Of a stretch of DNA of 64,000 nucleotides, positions 28,325 to 43,278 are shown piece after piece. The translations under genes and the position numbers were made by a program. Every line of letters starts with the position of its first letter. Positions within the stretch are counted from its first letter, which is position 1. The stretch lies in assembly GCF_009914755.1 (NCBI RefSeq), contig NC_060928.1. One strand, written 5' to 3'. The DNA comes from the human T2T-CHM13v2.0 reference genome, Homo sapiens. Below the pieces are notes generated by a model that did not search any database, was not told the origin of the DNA, and was given only the letters and a program-made list of their open reading frames with translations.

Positions 28325-29115
28325 GAAATATCAGTTAGACGCTTTCTTCTTCAGGTAACAGAAACATAAATTACTGTGGCTTAAAGAATAGTTTATTTTT
28401 CCTTATATACTAAGAATTCTATCTGTGGTGGCTGCAGGAGCAGGTTCCATATCTCATTGAAGTCGGGATGATGTCTTGGTGATTTCTTGGGCCATTTCCT
28501 CATAGTTAAAAAGATGAGCTGGGCGCAGTGGCTCATGCCTGTAATCCCAGACTAACATGGAGAAACCCCATCTCTACTAAAAATACAAAAATTAGCCAGG
28601 TGTGGTGGCACATGCCTGTAATCCCAGCTACTCGGGAGGCTGAGGCAGGAGAATCGCTTGAACCTGAGAGGCAGAGGTTACGGTGAGCTGGAGATTGCGC
28701 CATTGCCCTCCAGCCTGGGCAACAAGAGTGAAACTCCGTCTCAAAAAAACAAAACAAACAAACAAACAAAAAAGCGCTGCTGCAACTCCAAGTTTCATAT
28801 ATGCATTTAAATAAAGAAGAAGGAAAGGAGGTATAGACCATTTTTTAAATCAAAAAAAGCAAAAGCTTTCTGCCAGACCTCAGAAAGTGAAAACAACAAC
28901 AAACCCAAACAAACTAACAAACAAAAAGCAAAAGCTTTCACAGAAATTTCCTATTATATTTAACTGGCCAGAGTTGTGTCATGTGAAACTCATAGATGTG
29001 AGAGAATCTAGGGAAGTGAACATTTAAAAACTTCAGTTTTGATATCAGAGGTAGAAAAGGGAAAAAAGACTTAGAAATAGGCATTGAATAAGCCCAACCC
29101 ATAGGGCCATCCACA
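28325..29115 (-). mobile_element. old MaLR/ERVL LTR (MLT1J-L/LTR33-like), interrupted by an Alu
   Basis: TCAGTTAGACGCTTTC...GTAACAGAAAC...TGGCTTAAA; TGGCCAGAGTTGTGTCATGTG...CCACA. Confidence 0.5.
28517..28773 (+). mobile_element. AluSp with left-arm internal deletion
   Basis: AACATGGAGAAACCCC and CAACAAGAGTGAAACTCC diagnostics; jumps from TAATCCCAG to ACTAACATGG. Confidence 0.9.
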
Positions 29116-29329
29116 TCAGTTGTAAAGGTAGGGAACACAGATATATGTATAGGTCCAGATATGGGTTTTTCAGGTGATCCCACAAAAGACAAATAGAACA
29201 AAAATATTAAGGAACTAGTCAAGAAAGTGCTTGAATTGATAATTCATAGAAGTTAAGGGAATCCCAGAAGAGGATTCATCTATAGGGAAACAATAAAGCA
29301 TCTACATTTTTTAAATATGTGGAAGAACA

Positions 29330-30620
29330 AAGCTGACAAAAAAAGCAATGGAGAAAGGACTCTCTATTCAGTAAGTGGTGCTGGGACAACTGGCTAGCCA
29401 AATGCAGAAGACTGAAACTGGACCCCTACCTTACTCCGTATACAAAAATTAAGTTGAGATGGATTAAAGATTGAAATGTAAAACCTGAAACTGTAAAAAC
29501 CCTGGAAAACAACCTAAGCAATATCATTCTAGACATGGGAACAGGCAAAAATGTCATGACAAAGATGCCAAAAACCAATTGCAACAAAACAAAAATTGAT
29601 AAATGGAATATACATAAACTAAAGAGCTTCTGCACAGCAAAAGAAGCCATCAACAGAGTAAACAGACAACCTACAAAATAGGAGAAAATTTTTGCAAACT
29701 ATGCATCTGAGAAAGGTCTAATATCTAACATCTATAACAAACTTAAACAAATTTATAAGAAAAAATGACCCTACCAAAAATTGGGCAAAGGACATGAACA
29801 GACACTTTTCATACATACATGTGGCCACATACATGTGGCAAAGAAGTATATGAAGAAAAGCTCAACATCACTGTCCATTAGAGAAATGCAAATCAAAACG
29901 ACAGTGAGATATTATCTCACACCTGTCAGAATGGCTATTGCTAAAAAGTCAAAAAATAACAGGTACTGTCAAGGTTGTAGGGAAAAAGGAATGTTTATAC
30001 ACTGTTGGTAGAAGTGTGAATTAGTTCAGCTATCATGGAAAACAGTGAGGTGATTTCTCAAAGACCTGAAAACAGAATTACCATTCAACCCAGCAATCCC
30101 ATTACTGGGTATATACCCAATGTAATATAAATTACTCTATCATAAAGATACATGCACGCATATGTTCACTGCAGCACTATTCACAATAGCAAATAAATGA
30201 AATCAACCTAAATGCCCATCAATGGTAGACTGGATAAAAGAAATGTGGTACATATACAACATGGAATACTATGCAGCCATAAAAACGAACAAGATCATGT
30301 CCTTTGCAGGAACACAGATGGAGCTGAAGGCCATCTTCTTTAGCAAACTAGTGCAGGAACAGAAAACCAAATACCACATGTTCTCACTTATAAGTGGGAG
30401 CTAAAAGATGAGAACACATGGACACATAGAGGCCAACAAGAGACACTGGGGCCTATCAAAGTGTGAAGGGTGGGATGAGGGAGACGATAAGGAAATATAA
30501 CTAATAGGTATTAGTCTTAATACCTGGGCAATGAAATAATCTGTACAACAAACCCCCATGACACAAGTTTACCTATGTAACAAATCTGCACATGTACCCC
30601 TAAACTTCAAAGTTAAAAAA
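29330..30620 (+). mobile_element. L1PA13-like, 5'-truncated (1.3 kb)
   Basis: ORF2 C-terminal peptides ([20 protein letters not shown]; WIKEMWYIYNMEYYAAIK); AAATAATCTGTACAACAAACCCCCATGACAC; TSD core TGGAAGAACA at 29320 and 30624. Confidence 0.9.
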
Positions 30621-33128
30621 CCATGGAAGAACAGTAGTTGTGAGATTTACTAAATGAGAGAGGTAGATGGGATAGTGGTGTGGTCAGGAAGTAAGAGTTT
30701 GAATTTGCGATCTCAGGTGTTGGAGCTTACTATCCAAATTAGTGATCGAGCAGTAGAATTTAATCAACATGGAAAGCAGGAGGAAGCCATTGTATGTTTT
30801 GGGGGAAAAGAAAGTAACATGAAAGCTTTTCTGTGAGTACCCTAATATGATAGCAGGTTGCAAAAATGTTTTGGAAGTAACAAAGAATAGAACCAATTAT
30901 GGAAACCCAAGTTATGGTTTCTGCTTTTATACTTTCTTCCAGGAGAAGTAACTATTGTCCAATAAGCATCATTTGTGCTTTATAATTTATGTGCTTTTTT
31001 CATATCACAAAGTCTACCTTTAAGCCCTGCCAGTTAGATGCCAGTCACATTGATCCCACATTGGATCATGGAATGGATCACGGTTGATCCTTTTCAAGAA
31101 CACCTATCCTCGAGCTGTGTTGTCAATAAGTCTGGTGCTCAGTAGTTTAGCTCTAAGACATGTATTGGTGAATAAGATTGAGCAGATGTGGAAGGCCAGG
31201 GTCTTACTTTGTTTTAAATTAAGGGATCTTCTGATTAAGGAATCACAGCTTGTTTTCACAAATATAGTTTTGAAAGGGGATTCCATATGATGACACAGTT
31301 CCCAGACCATTTCTTGTAAATCTCAAATATTGTCAGTAACTGGCATCTAGTATAAAACCAGCAGTGCTTTGTAACTATAGAAGGATGAGTGGAAACTTGT
31401 CTGAGGCAGAAAAGAAAACAAAATTGACTTGCATTTGCAATCTTTTTGGGTAAATTCATTCAGTTGGTTAGAGAAAGATCCTAATTTGCTGAGATTGTGA
31501 AATCACCACTTACTGTTAGTTTTAACAGGGAGACAAATTTTCAGTTCCCTTAATCAACATGTCAAGTCTGTATATTTAAGATATATTTTTAAATTATACT
31601 TTTTATTATTTTTTCATAAAAGTTATTTTATTAGAGAAAAACAAAACAACCACAGCAAACAACCTTAGTTCAGAATCTGTTCTCAGTGACAAGGTTTCAT
31701 TAGCTCAGTTACCTTCTGTTTAGTGGAGTTAAACTAACTGTTTCCGGGGCATGCCTTTCCCCAGATTTTATAAAGTTAATGAATGTAAGATGATGTAAAG
31801 GCAAGCTGCTCAACTGGGGAAGCTCAAGTTTTAAATAAAATCATTTTAAAGGCTATTTTTATTAGCTAAAAGGGAAAGACATTTTCACAGGCAGATCTAA
31901 TTTCCTTTAATCTCTCCTGTTCAGTCTCTTCTCATGAGTTTTTCTAGAATTACTGATTGTCAGTTCAGGTCCGTTTTCCTTACACTCTCTTCCCTAGTCT
32001 CTACTTTAATTTTTCCATCTAAATAATTGGATCTTAAACTACAATAAATCCATTTTAACCAAACTTATTTTTCTTTGTAAAGCTATCAACAGTGTTGTCA
32101 ATAATAGTTGTAACTTTAGAAGTAGCACTTTTTAGGTAATAAACTAGGAAAAAATAATAAAACAACTTCTAAGTATAAAAACTGGGCTTATTTTAGCTAC
32201 TGCTGTTTAGTAGATTGAATCATTATCAAAAAAATCTTACTAATTCTCTCGCCTCAGAACTTTGCTGTGATCCCTGTCAATCCTATACAGTAAGCCCCAG
32301 AATCTCATCTCCAGAATTCTTTTCCTATTCAATTTACTTTTATTATTTTGGCCTCTTTCCTCTGCACCCACTGAACCCCAACCAAGTAAATTTTAGAGAA
32401 AAAGATGATGATTTCTTTCAACTTTTTTTCTGTTTTTATATCTTTTCAGTCATCCTTGTAGCTTCTGCAACTTATTTTCTCTGTTTAACGCATCAGAGAA
32501 ATTTTCATCAAAAATAAAACCTGTCTTCTATAAAGCATCCCTAATTAAATGGAAGTAAGACATAGTTTAAAATATCAAAAAGATACATACAGCATATGCC
32601 TGTGGTTCCAAAGCAACAGAATGAAAAGTGGGGAGTTCCACCCATCTATTTGGAAATTTTTACTAGTTTGTTTCATTTTGTTTTTGCTGAGTTGATTGAT
32701 TTGGCAATTTATTTTATGGTCTGGGCAAGGCTCTGTTTTCACATTGCCAACCAACTGGTCGATCCATTAAAGAATCACTCTGATGAATTTGTTCATGTCA
32801 TGAAAACAAAATAATTTGTTCATAGAACTTTTTCTTTTTAAGTCAAAATGTTGGAGATCATATTTATATCAAAACATGTGCAATGTCTGTTTTTGCTGCA
32901 ACAAAAGCATTTTTAAACAATGCTGTAGCTCTCACAGCATTTCTTTAGATATATAATTGTTTGCTTGTAGTGTATTCATTTCTTCTAACTTTGTGTTTAC
33001 AAAGAGCTTAACACATTGTAGAAGCTTAATAAAAATGCATTAGGTTGATAATGATATGCCTTTTCTTGCTGTTCTTACTCATTAAAGACTTTAAACTGCT
33101 GAACTGCATGTTTTAAAATTGCTTTCCA

Positions 33129-33403
33129 GGCCAGGCACGGTGGCTCACACTTGTAATCCCAGCACTTTGGGAGGCCAAGGCGAGCAGATCACTTGAGGAC
33201 AGGAGTTCAAACCAGACTGGCCAATGTGGTGAAACCCCATCTCTACTAAAATACAAAAATTAGCCAAGTGTGGTAGCACATGCCTGTAATCCCAGCTAAT
33301 TTAGGAGGCTGAGGCACGAGAATCGCTTGAATCCAGAAGGCGGAAGTTGCGACAGAGTGAGACTCTATCTCAAATAAATAAATAAATTAAAATAAATTAA
33401 ATT
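33129..33403 (+). mobile_element. AluS with right-arm internal deletion
   Basis: GTTGC joined directly to GACAGAG; AAAT-type tail; TSD AAATTGCTT(T/C)CCA. Confidence 0.92.
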
Positions 33404-33485
33404 AAATTGCTTCCCAGATTTTTGAAAAACAAGCACATTCTGAGTCTTCCGTCTCCTATACACGAATATTTCATTTTATGTATTG

Positions 33486-33660
33486 ACAATGATTTACTCA
33501 GAAGTTCTTCAACATATGTTGGTTACGTGCATTGAAACTTTACCTTTGCTATATTTCACTAATCTTTACAATCCTCACTGAGATATCCAATATCCAAACT
33601 GAGGCTTAGAGAGATAAAATGAATTATCCAAGGTCACATATTTATTAACTGACAAATCTT
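33486..33660 (-). mobile_element. MIR
   Basis: AAACTGAGGCTTAGAGAGATAAAATGAATTATCCAAGGTCACA. Confidence 0.7.
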
Positions 33661-33884
33661 CACTCTATCGTAAAGTGTTTCCTAGTTGTCTGCAACTGTT
33701 ATCTCCCTTTGTTTAATCTTTTATATGATTTAGTGTTTGTGGAATTCTTTGAAAAATGAGATAAGTGTATTGAATTCTAGAATTGGAAGGGGTATCACAT
33801 ATCATATTTTGCTAGTAAATTTTTCTCATTTCTTGCAATAAGAGAAATATCTTCTTCATCTCCCCCAGTAGCATCTGTGGAACC

Positions 33885-35035
<1,151 letters not shown>

Positions 35036-35047
35036 TCAGTCACCACA

Positions 35048-36245
35048 TCATTAAACAACTACTTATTGAGAATGCACCAGGAATTAGGTACTGTCCTAAG
35101 CATTGCAAATAAAATAGCAAAACAAATTCAACCAGAAATCTCTTCTTTCTTTCCATTTGTATTTCCAGGGGACACTCAGTTTATATATATGTGTGTGTGT
35201 GTGTACATATGTGTTTGTATATATAGATAAATAGTATATTTGAGACAGTGATTTAAAAATAAAGCAAGATAGAGAAAGTAGAGTGCAGGGTGAGTGGAAA
35301 GCTATTATTTTATATAGGGTTATGAAGAAAGGATTTGCTGATAAGGTTATATTTTATACAGAACCTGAAGAAAAGTGGGAATAAGTCATGTATCTGGGGA
35401 AAGAGCCATTTAGGTAGAACCAGCATTAGGAGAAGGGGCCTCACAGCAGAGTCACCTCGGTGTTTTCAGGGAACACGAAGGAGGCCAGTTGGACAGAGTG
35501 GGCAGGAAGGCATTGTAGTGGAAGTAGCAGAAGACAAATCAGATAATTATCAGTAGGTCATATCATGCAGGCTCTCCTATAAACCATTATGCCTTTTCAT
35601 TTAACATTAAGCCAATGAAAAATTTTTGAGCTACAAAACAACGTTTTTACCATTTAAATACATTACTCTGGCCACTATGTGGAGAATGAGTGGGAAGGGT
35701 AAAGCAGGCAGGCAGGCCAGCTGAGAAGTTTGCATCATCATAATCTAGGTGAGAAGTTTTGCATCACCGTTATCCAGATGACATAATGGTAGTTTAAACC
35801 AGGTTGCCAGGGCTGTGGGAGGGACAACTGGTCAGAGTCTATGTACATTTTGTAGGTAAAGACTACAGCTTTCTTCTGGTGAATTGTAGTGAGACACCAA
35901 GGCTCTTGACCTGAGCAACTGAAAATGCTCTTATTAATGAGATGGGGAAAACCATGGACGGAGTGGGTTTTGAAAGAGAAAATAGAATTTGGATTTCAGA
36001 CAGGAAATGTCTGTTAGACCTTTAAGTGAATTCTAGTAGATATTTATGTAAGTCAGTATGAACTTCAGAAGAGAGCTGGGGACTGCAGATAATAATTTAT
36101 GAGATGCCAATGTACAGATGGCATTTAAAATTTAACTTGGATAAAATTACTTAGAATCTAAATATAGATGGGTGAAGGAGAAATGAATTCCGGGGCACTC
36201 TAATATCTCGAAGATGAAAAGAGGAGGAGTAGTCTACAAAGACAT
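35048..36245 (-). mobile_element. L2a-like
   Basis: CAACTACTTATTGAG...GGTACTGTCCTAAGCATTG; GGAGGCCAGT; CTTGACCTGAGCAACTG. Confidence 0.78.
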
Positions 36246-36805
36246 TATTTGTTAAATCTCTACTTATTGATTGATACACTTTATTTATATTTTGTTATAG
36301 GTTGTGAATGTCTAGGTCTTATCCCTGTTTTCCCTTTTCTTCTACTTCCTGATTAATAATTAAAATGAATCATCATTAAATTTATATAGGGATTTACTGC
36401 CTTCTATTTATGATAACATATTTTTTAAAATCCCTTTAAAATAAATATTATTTATAAGGTAAAAAACACAAACATGATTGAGGCATTTAAAATAAGTAAG
36501 ACAGAGAGACAAATCAAAAATATTCAATAGTGGGGAAAAATAGTATAAAGGAAGTTATGTTTCTATACATCCACTGATAGTCAAGTTCCATATTCATATA
36601 CTCAACAATAGGCAAAAATTGTAGAGTACTAGCAATGTATGTTCATAAGAATTATACAACTCACGAGTTTTTGACCTGAGATCTTACCATCGGGAAGTCC
36701 CTTTCAATAAATCCACCAATTTATTGAAATGGTATGCATTATTTTTGCATTTAAGAGCATTTTTTCAGAAGAGAGAGGGGTGCATAGCTTTATTCACATT
36801 TTCTT

Positions 36806-38297
36806 TTCTTTTTTTAATTTTACTTTAAGTTCTGGGACACGTGCAGAATGTGCAGGTTTGTTACCTAGTTATACATGTGCCATGGTGGTCTGCTATACCT
36901 ACCAACTTACCATCTAGGTTTTAAGCCCCACATGCATGAGGTATTTGTCCTAATGCTCTCCATCCCCTTCCCCACCACCCTCTGACAGGACCCGTTGTGT
37001 GATGTTCCCCTCCCTGTGTCCATGTGTTCTCATTGTTCAACTCCCACTTACGAGTGAGAACATGTGGTGTTTGGTTTTCGGTTCCTCTGTTAGTTTGCTG
37101 AGGATGATGGTTTTCAGCTTCATCCATGTCCCTGCAAAGGACATGATCTCATTCTTTTTTATGGCTGCATAGTATTCCATGGTATATATGTGCCACATTT
37201 TCTTTATCCAGTCTATCATTGATGGGCATTTGGGTTGGTTCCAAGTCTTTGCGATTGTAAACAGTACTGCAATAAACATACATGTGCATGTGTCTTGATA
37301 GTAGAATGATTTATAATCCTTTGGGTATATACCAGCAATGGGATTGCTAGGTCAAATGGAATTTCTGGTTCTAGATCCTTGATGAATTGCTACTCTGTCT
37401 TCTACAATGGTTGAACTAATAATATACATTCCCACCAACAGTGTAAAAGTGTTCCTATTTCTCCACATCCTTGCCAGCATCTGTTGTTTCCTAACTTTTT
37501 AATGACTGCCATTCTAACTGGCATGAGATGGTACCTCATTGCAGTTTTGATTTGCATTTCTCTAATGACCAGTGATGAAGAGCTTTTTTTCATGTTTATT
37601 GGCCACATAAATGTCTTCTTTTAAGAAATGTCTGTTCATGTCCTTCACCCACTTTTTGATGGGGTTGTTTGTTTTCTTGTAAATTTGTTTAAGTTCCCTG
37701 TAGAGTCCGGATATTAGACCTTTGTCAGATGGATAGATTGCAAAAATTTTCTCCCATTCTCTATGTTGCCTGTTCATGCTGATGATAGTTTCTTTTGCTC
37801 TGCAGAAGCTCTCTAGTTTAATTAGATCCCATTTGTCAATTTTGGCTTTTGTTGCAATTGCTTTTGGTGTTTTAGTCATGAAGTCTTTGCCCATGCCTAT
37901 GTCCTGAATGGTATTGCCTAGGTTTTCTTCTAGGGTTTTTGTGGCTTTAGGTTTTATGTTTAAGTCTCAAATGAATCTTGAGTTAATTTTTGTATAAGTG
38001 TATGGAACAGGTCCAGTATATGATTTCTGCATATGGCTAGCCAGTTTTCCCACCACCATTTATTAAGTAGGGAATCCTTTCCCCATTGCTTGTTTTTGTT
38101 AGGTTTGTCGAAGATCAGATGATTGTAGATGTGTGGTGTTATTTCTGAGGTCTCTGTTCTGTTCCATTGGTGTATATATCTGTTTTGGTACCAGCACCAT
38201 GCTGTTTTAGTTACTGTAGCCTTGTAGTATAGTTTGAAGTCAGGTAGCATGATGCCTCCAGCTTTGTTCTTTTTGTTTAGGATTGTCTTGACTATAC
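36806..38297 (-). mobile_element. L1PA7/PA8-like, 5'-truncated (1.5 kb)
   Basis: TACTTTAAGTTCTGGGA...TAGGTTTTAAGCCCCACATGCAT; ORF2 peptides [44 protein letters not shown]. Confidence 0.93.
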
Positions 38298-40065
38298 CCC
38301 TAAAACATCGTGAACCACTCTAAATATACAGCTTTCAAATAAATTTCACATTTCTTCCAAGTAGAGCTCACTGGTAACATTAAAAACTCAAATTTATACT
38401 CAAAAGACACTGGGGATAGGGGAACAAAAGGAATAAGAGCCAAATTGTTACTGATTTTCAACAGGTACATTTGAAAGAAACAGGGTTAGAGTTGTTATTA
38501 GGGCAGTAGTGATTAGATTGCACAAATAACTGGGCAATGTCAATTCTCGGTATTCTGTGTTACCATTTCAGTTCTCAGTTTTCTGTTTGAAAAAGGACTT
38601 AAATTTTTCTTCAGCTGATTTTAGTTGAACATCCCCACTAAATATGGTAGAATGTGAAAGGCTATTTTTAAATGTAATAAACCATAAAAAATGCTTATGG
38701 TCTCAGAAATTCTGCTTGTCCTCTTAATGATGCACACGTTGGACTGTGAGCTTGTGGTAGAATGGAGTTAGACTTTTGATAAAGGTCAAAATGTTAATAG
38801 GACTTTTATTTTGTTTCTTTGTAATCCACTCTAAGGTTTCTAAAACTCAAAACTCTATAATTAAATTTATCTATTGAAATTCTAAATTTTTGTCGATCGT
38901 CATGATTCATAGATATTCTTACACGAAAACAAACAAAAAAGACTCCAAACAATGCAAAACAAAATATTAAAGCACAAAAGAAGTAATTAGACTAAAAATG
39001 GTACGTTAACTTTGATTACTGATACCACCGGGAAAATACCTACTTAAACCTTCTAAGCAGACCTCAGAAGACACTCTGTAATCTAATGAAAATTAGTTTT
39101 ATAAAGTCAACAGGAGTCCTATTATAAAATAGAAATGTATGAACAACAGAGTCCACCATCTTGGCTGTTGTCTTGAAGTCATCTACAACGATGAGCCCTT
39201 CATGATGTTTTTCTGAATGTTCTCTACTGGACTTCCATTCAGAAATAAAAGATTTGGCAGATGGAATATTTTCATTCTTAATTTAATAAACTATATGTCA
39301 GAATTTTTGTTGTGTGATGCCTTTTGCCATTTTTAGTAGATAGTAGCAGCTGTAGAATTAATTAATGTGTACTTACTTCTGAGCCAAAATATGAAAAACA
39401 GAAATGATAACCCCTAAATTCTCTTACTTTGCCAAATGGAGTATCTAGAACCATGCCAAAAGTGAATGTTGAGAGAAAAAAAAAAAGAGAATAAAAGCTC
39501 TCTAAGCAGCTGAAATATTTATCGAAAGGCCATTATGCTATGTCTTTCTGCTCTTCTCCGAGAATCTATCAGACAAATGGTTGGATAATAGTGCAGACTT
39601 TAGTTGACTTCCTGGTCCACAGAAAGTAAGTCCCACAGTCACATAACGAAAGCAGGGAAGTAGGAGGTGTTAGGGAATGTATGACTGTAGTGTGGCTAGG
39701 GGAGGGGAGGCAATTCATAGTCTGAGAACAAGGGGAAAAAATTAGAAACAAATTTAATTTTATAATTGGATTTAAGAACCACAAACCCAAAACAGTTTGG
39801 AGCTCCTTAATACAAGTTAAAAATACCCTAGTGGTATTGAAAGTAGCACAGAATACAATTTATGTTATAATGATGTTCCTGGTTTATTCTAAAATTTGAC
39901 CATATTTAATATTTCTGTTTAACCACGAGAGAAACGGTCAATGCTAATGATTCATACCCTGAGAATCAGTCACCTATTGATGGAAATAGCCAACTTGGGA
40001 GAGAGACAGACTAGATTTTACTTTAAAGTCAGCTATATTTTATATCAGTGCCCTCCAATAAATAA

Positions 40066-40565
<500 letters not shown>

Positions 40566-42858
40566 ATATACGTAATTTATAATAGACACATTAAGTAAAA
40601 TGAAGTAAGTGAAATTACTTTGAATAATATATTTTCTTTAATTTAATATATGCCAAATTTTATATGAATATATAATCAATATTTTAAAATATTTATGAAG
40701 TGTTTTACAATATTTTGGTATTGAATCTTTGAATCTAATGTATGTTTACACTTACAACAAAAGTATCTCAATTTTGGTACTAAATTATCACCTGAAATGT
40801 TTGATCTGTTCTTAGACTATATAAAATTTACTGTTGAAAATGTAACTATGTGCCCAAATTCATCCAAACACGCTTAAAATTTTCTAATAACTGATGCAAG
40901 CATTAGTTTTTAAATAAAATTTAAGGCAAGTAAACTTAAATAATATCAAAAATTCAGTTCTTGGGTTGCACTAGCCACATTTCCAGTACCCAATAGCCAC
41001 ATGTGGCTAGCACTGCAGTCTTTGATGGTGCTGTCCTGTGTGGATGTCTTTGGACAAGATTCTACAGCCCCAGTAAAAATGGGATAGCAAAACCAAAGAG
41101 TCAAGGTTTTGAATAGTTAGACATAATATTTAAAAAGAGTCTATCATATACTCATGACTCAATGAATAAGGAATAAATATTTTCATACAAAATCATTAAA
41201 AAATGTTAAGAAAATGAGTTTTAGATTTAAATAAAATTCATTTACCTGGGATACATTGCCCAGTGAGACCTGATTAATAAGATCTTAATGGATAAAATAA
41301 ATGTCAGGTGATACTGAAAAAGATGTGTGAATGTACATGAGAAACTGACAGAGGAGGTGAATATTTGGAGTAATATTCAGAAGGTCGCTAGATGGTTTAA
41401 TTTTCTTTTTTGGAAACTTCAATTTCAAGGGAGCAGTAAAAGGTAATCTTTAAAAAATAAAATTATTAAGCAGAGATAAGACACTATCTGATTAATAATT
41501 AACTTTGTAAAAAGGGGCAATATTTTATCCTGCCTTTCTACTAGGAAACTGTATAATTAAAACCACACTATATGCTATTATGTATGGCAATTTTAAGATT
41601 ATATCTCTGGACATATACATAATAAGCAAGTTATTTTCAGTGCTCTCATACAGACATGGCGCTTAACTACTGAATGGTGGAAATTTTGTTTTAAATTATT
41701 TAAAATTATATTTAACAGAGGTTGCATATAATTCAATTGTAAACTTGCTTCTTACATAACTTTACCGTTTCTTCTTTTAGCTTTAGTGTAAAATTAGGCA
41801 AGGCAGAAACTCACATTATGGAAGTTCCCCTGAGAAAAGTAGTTTTCTAAAAGTATTTCTCTTTGTTTTCTTGTTCCCAATAGCGAAACGTTTTTGTAAA
41901 TAATGGCCGAAAACATCACGTAAGATTTGCAGTATTTAATTCCCTTGAGATTAAAAGAATATTTTCCTTTAAATTAGTGGTAAGTTTTATCACCTTACAT
42001 ATACACAGATTCCTAGATAAATCCATTGTATGATTTTCAAAATACATCTTTCTGATATATTTTTATATTTGATCCATACCTCATTTTTTTTTTCCGGGCC
42101 TGCAGGGCCTGTACTATTACCGTGGTTTTCTAGATGAGTAAAATCAGGCATAGTGAGGTTAAGTGACTTACCCACGGTGGCTTGTTGACAATAGGGCTAG
42201 AGCCAGAACCCAAGCTGAGAAGCCAGGATTTTATCCGCAATTCCTTAGAGCTAAGTTACAAAGTATTTTTAGTATTTCCACTCGCTCCATGTCATTTAAG
42301 CCAACAAATAATGATTTACATAAGGCGATAAAATAATGTATTCTACAGAGACAGCAGGGCTTGGATAGTTTTGGAGAAAGAAACAAAATCTCTTAAAAAC
42401 TGACCTCATTGTTTGAGCTTCTTTCCAGGAAACTTTTCTACATGTACTAATTTTCTTGACCAGGTTCATAAAGCCCTGACAAGTTTATATTCTCTGTATT
42501 ATTTTTCTTCTGAACCTTCTGGGGCAGTAAGAGAGCAATGATGCTTGCTGCAAACATAGGCTTTAGAATCTGACAGAGATCACCTCCCTCTGACCTCAGT
42601 AACACTGGCCCCTGCTCAGGGCCTCAGGCCTTTGTGACTCAAATGCAATTAGAGATTGAGAAGCACTTCCATCTGTGTGCATGTGGCCACTTGTGATGCA
42701 AGACAGAGGCAGGACTGAGAAGATGAGAGGTGGGCTTCGTTCCTGAGAATATCCAGGAGTCCAAGAGATCTAAATTGGAAGATGGCCTTCCAATTTAGGT
42801 CAGTTTCCAATTAAGAAGTCCAGGTTTTTATGAAGCAATATTTGTCAAGGTAAGAGTA

Positions 42859-43278
42859 TGATATGGTTTGGATGTTTGTCCCCTCCAAATCTCATGTTGA
42901 AATGTGATTCCCAATGTTGGAGGTGGGGTTTGGTTGGAGGCATTGTATCATGGGAGTAGATCCCTCATGAATGGTTTAGCACCATCTCCTTGGATGTAAG
43001 TGAGTTCTCACCTCAGTTAGTTCATGTGAAATCTGGTTGCTTAAAAGAGTCTGGGAACGCCCCCTTCTCTCTCTCTTGCTCCCACTCTTGCTATGTGACA
43101 TGCTGGCTCCCCTTAGCCTTCTGCCACGATTGCAACCCTCTTGAGGCCTCACCAGAAGCAGATGCTGGCACTATGCTTTGTGTACAGCCTGCGGAATCAT
43201 GAACCAAAACAACCCTTTCCTTATAAATTACCCAGTCTCAGGTATTTCTTTACAGCAATGCAAAAACAGACTAACATA
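42859..43278 (+). mobile_element. MSTB-like solo LTR
   Basis: TGATATGGTTTGGATGTTTGTCCCCTCCAAATCTCATGTTG...ACTAACATA; TSD GAGTA. Confidence 0.92.

Noticed and set aside
31035-31350. Inverted 11-mer TAGATGCCAGT/ACTGGCATCTA about 300 bp apart, plus four clustered GATC
   Set aside because: Too short; the motif occurs in MER20-type remnants; no TSD
35722-35782. About 30 bp tandem duplication (similar small ones near 29813, 51710 and 62588)
   Set aside because: Ordinary slippage duplications
36921-38250. ORFs with clear protein similarity
   Set aside because: Frameshifted L1 ORF2 and 3'UTR pieces, not a host gene
39040-39280. Open minus-strand frame (HEGLIVVDDFKTTAKMVD), a weak 43 nt exon candidate and a 10 bp hairpin TTTCTGAATG/CATTCAGAAA
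   Set aside because: No recognisable homology, weak splice sites, no full C/D-box layout; compatible with chance
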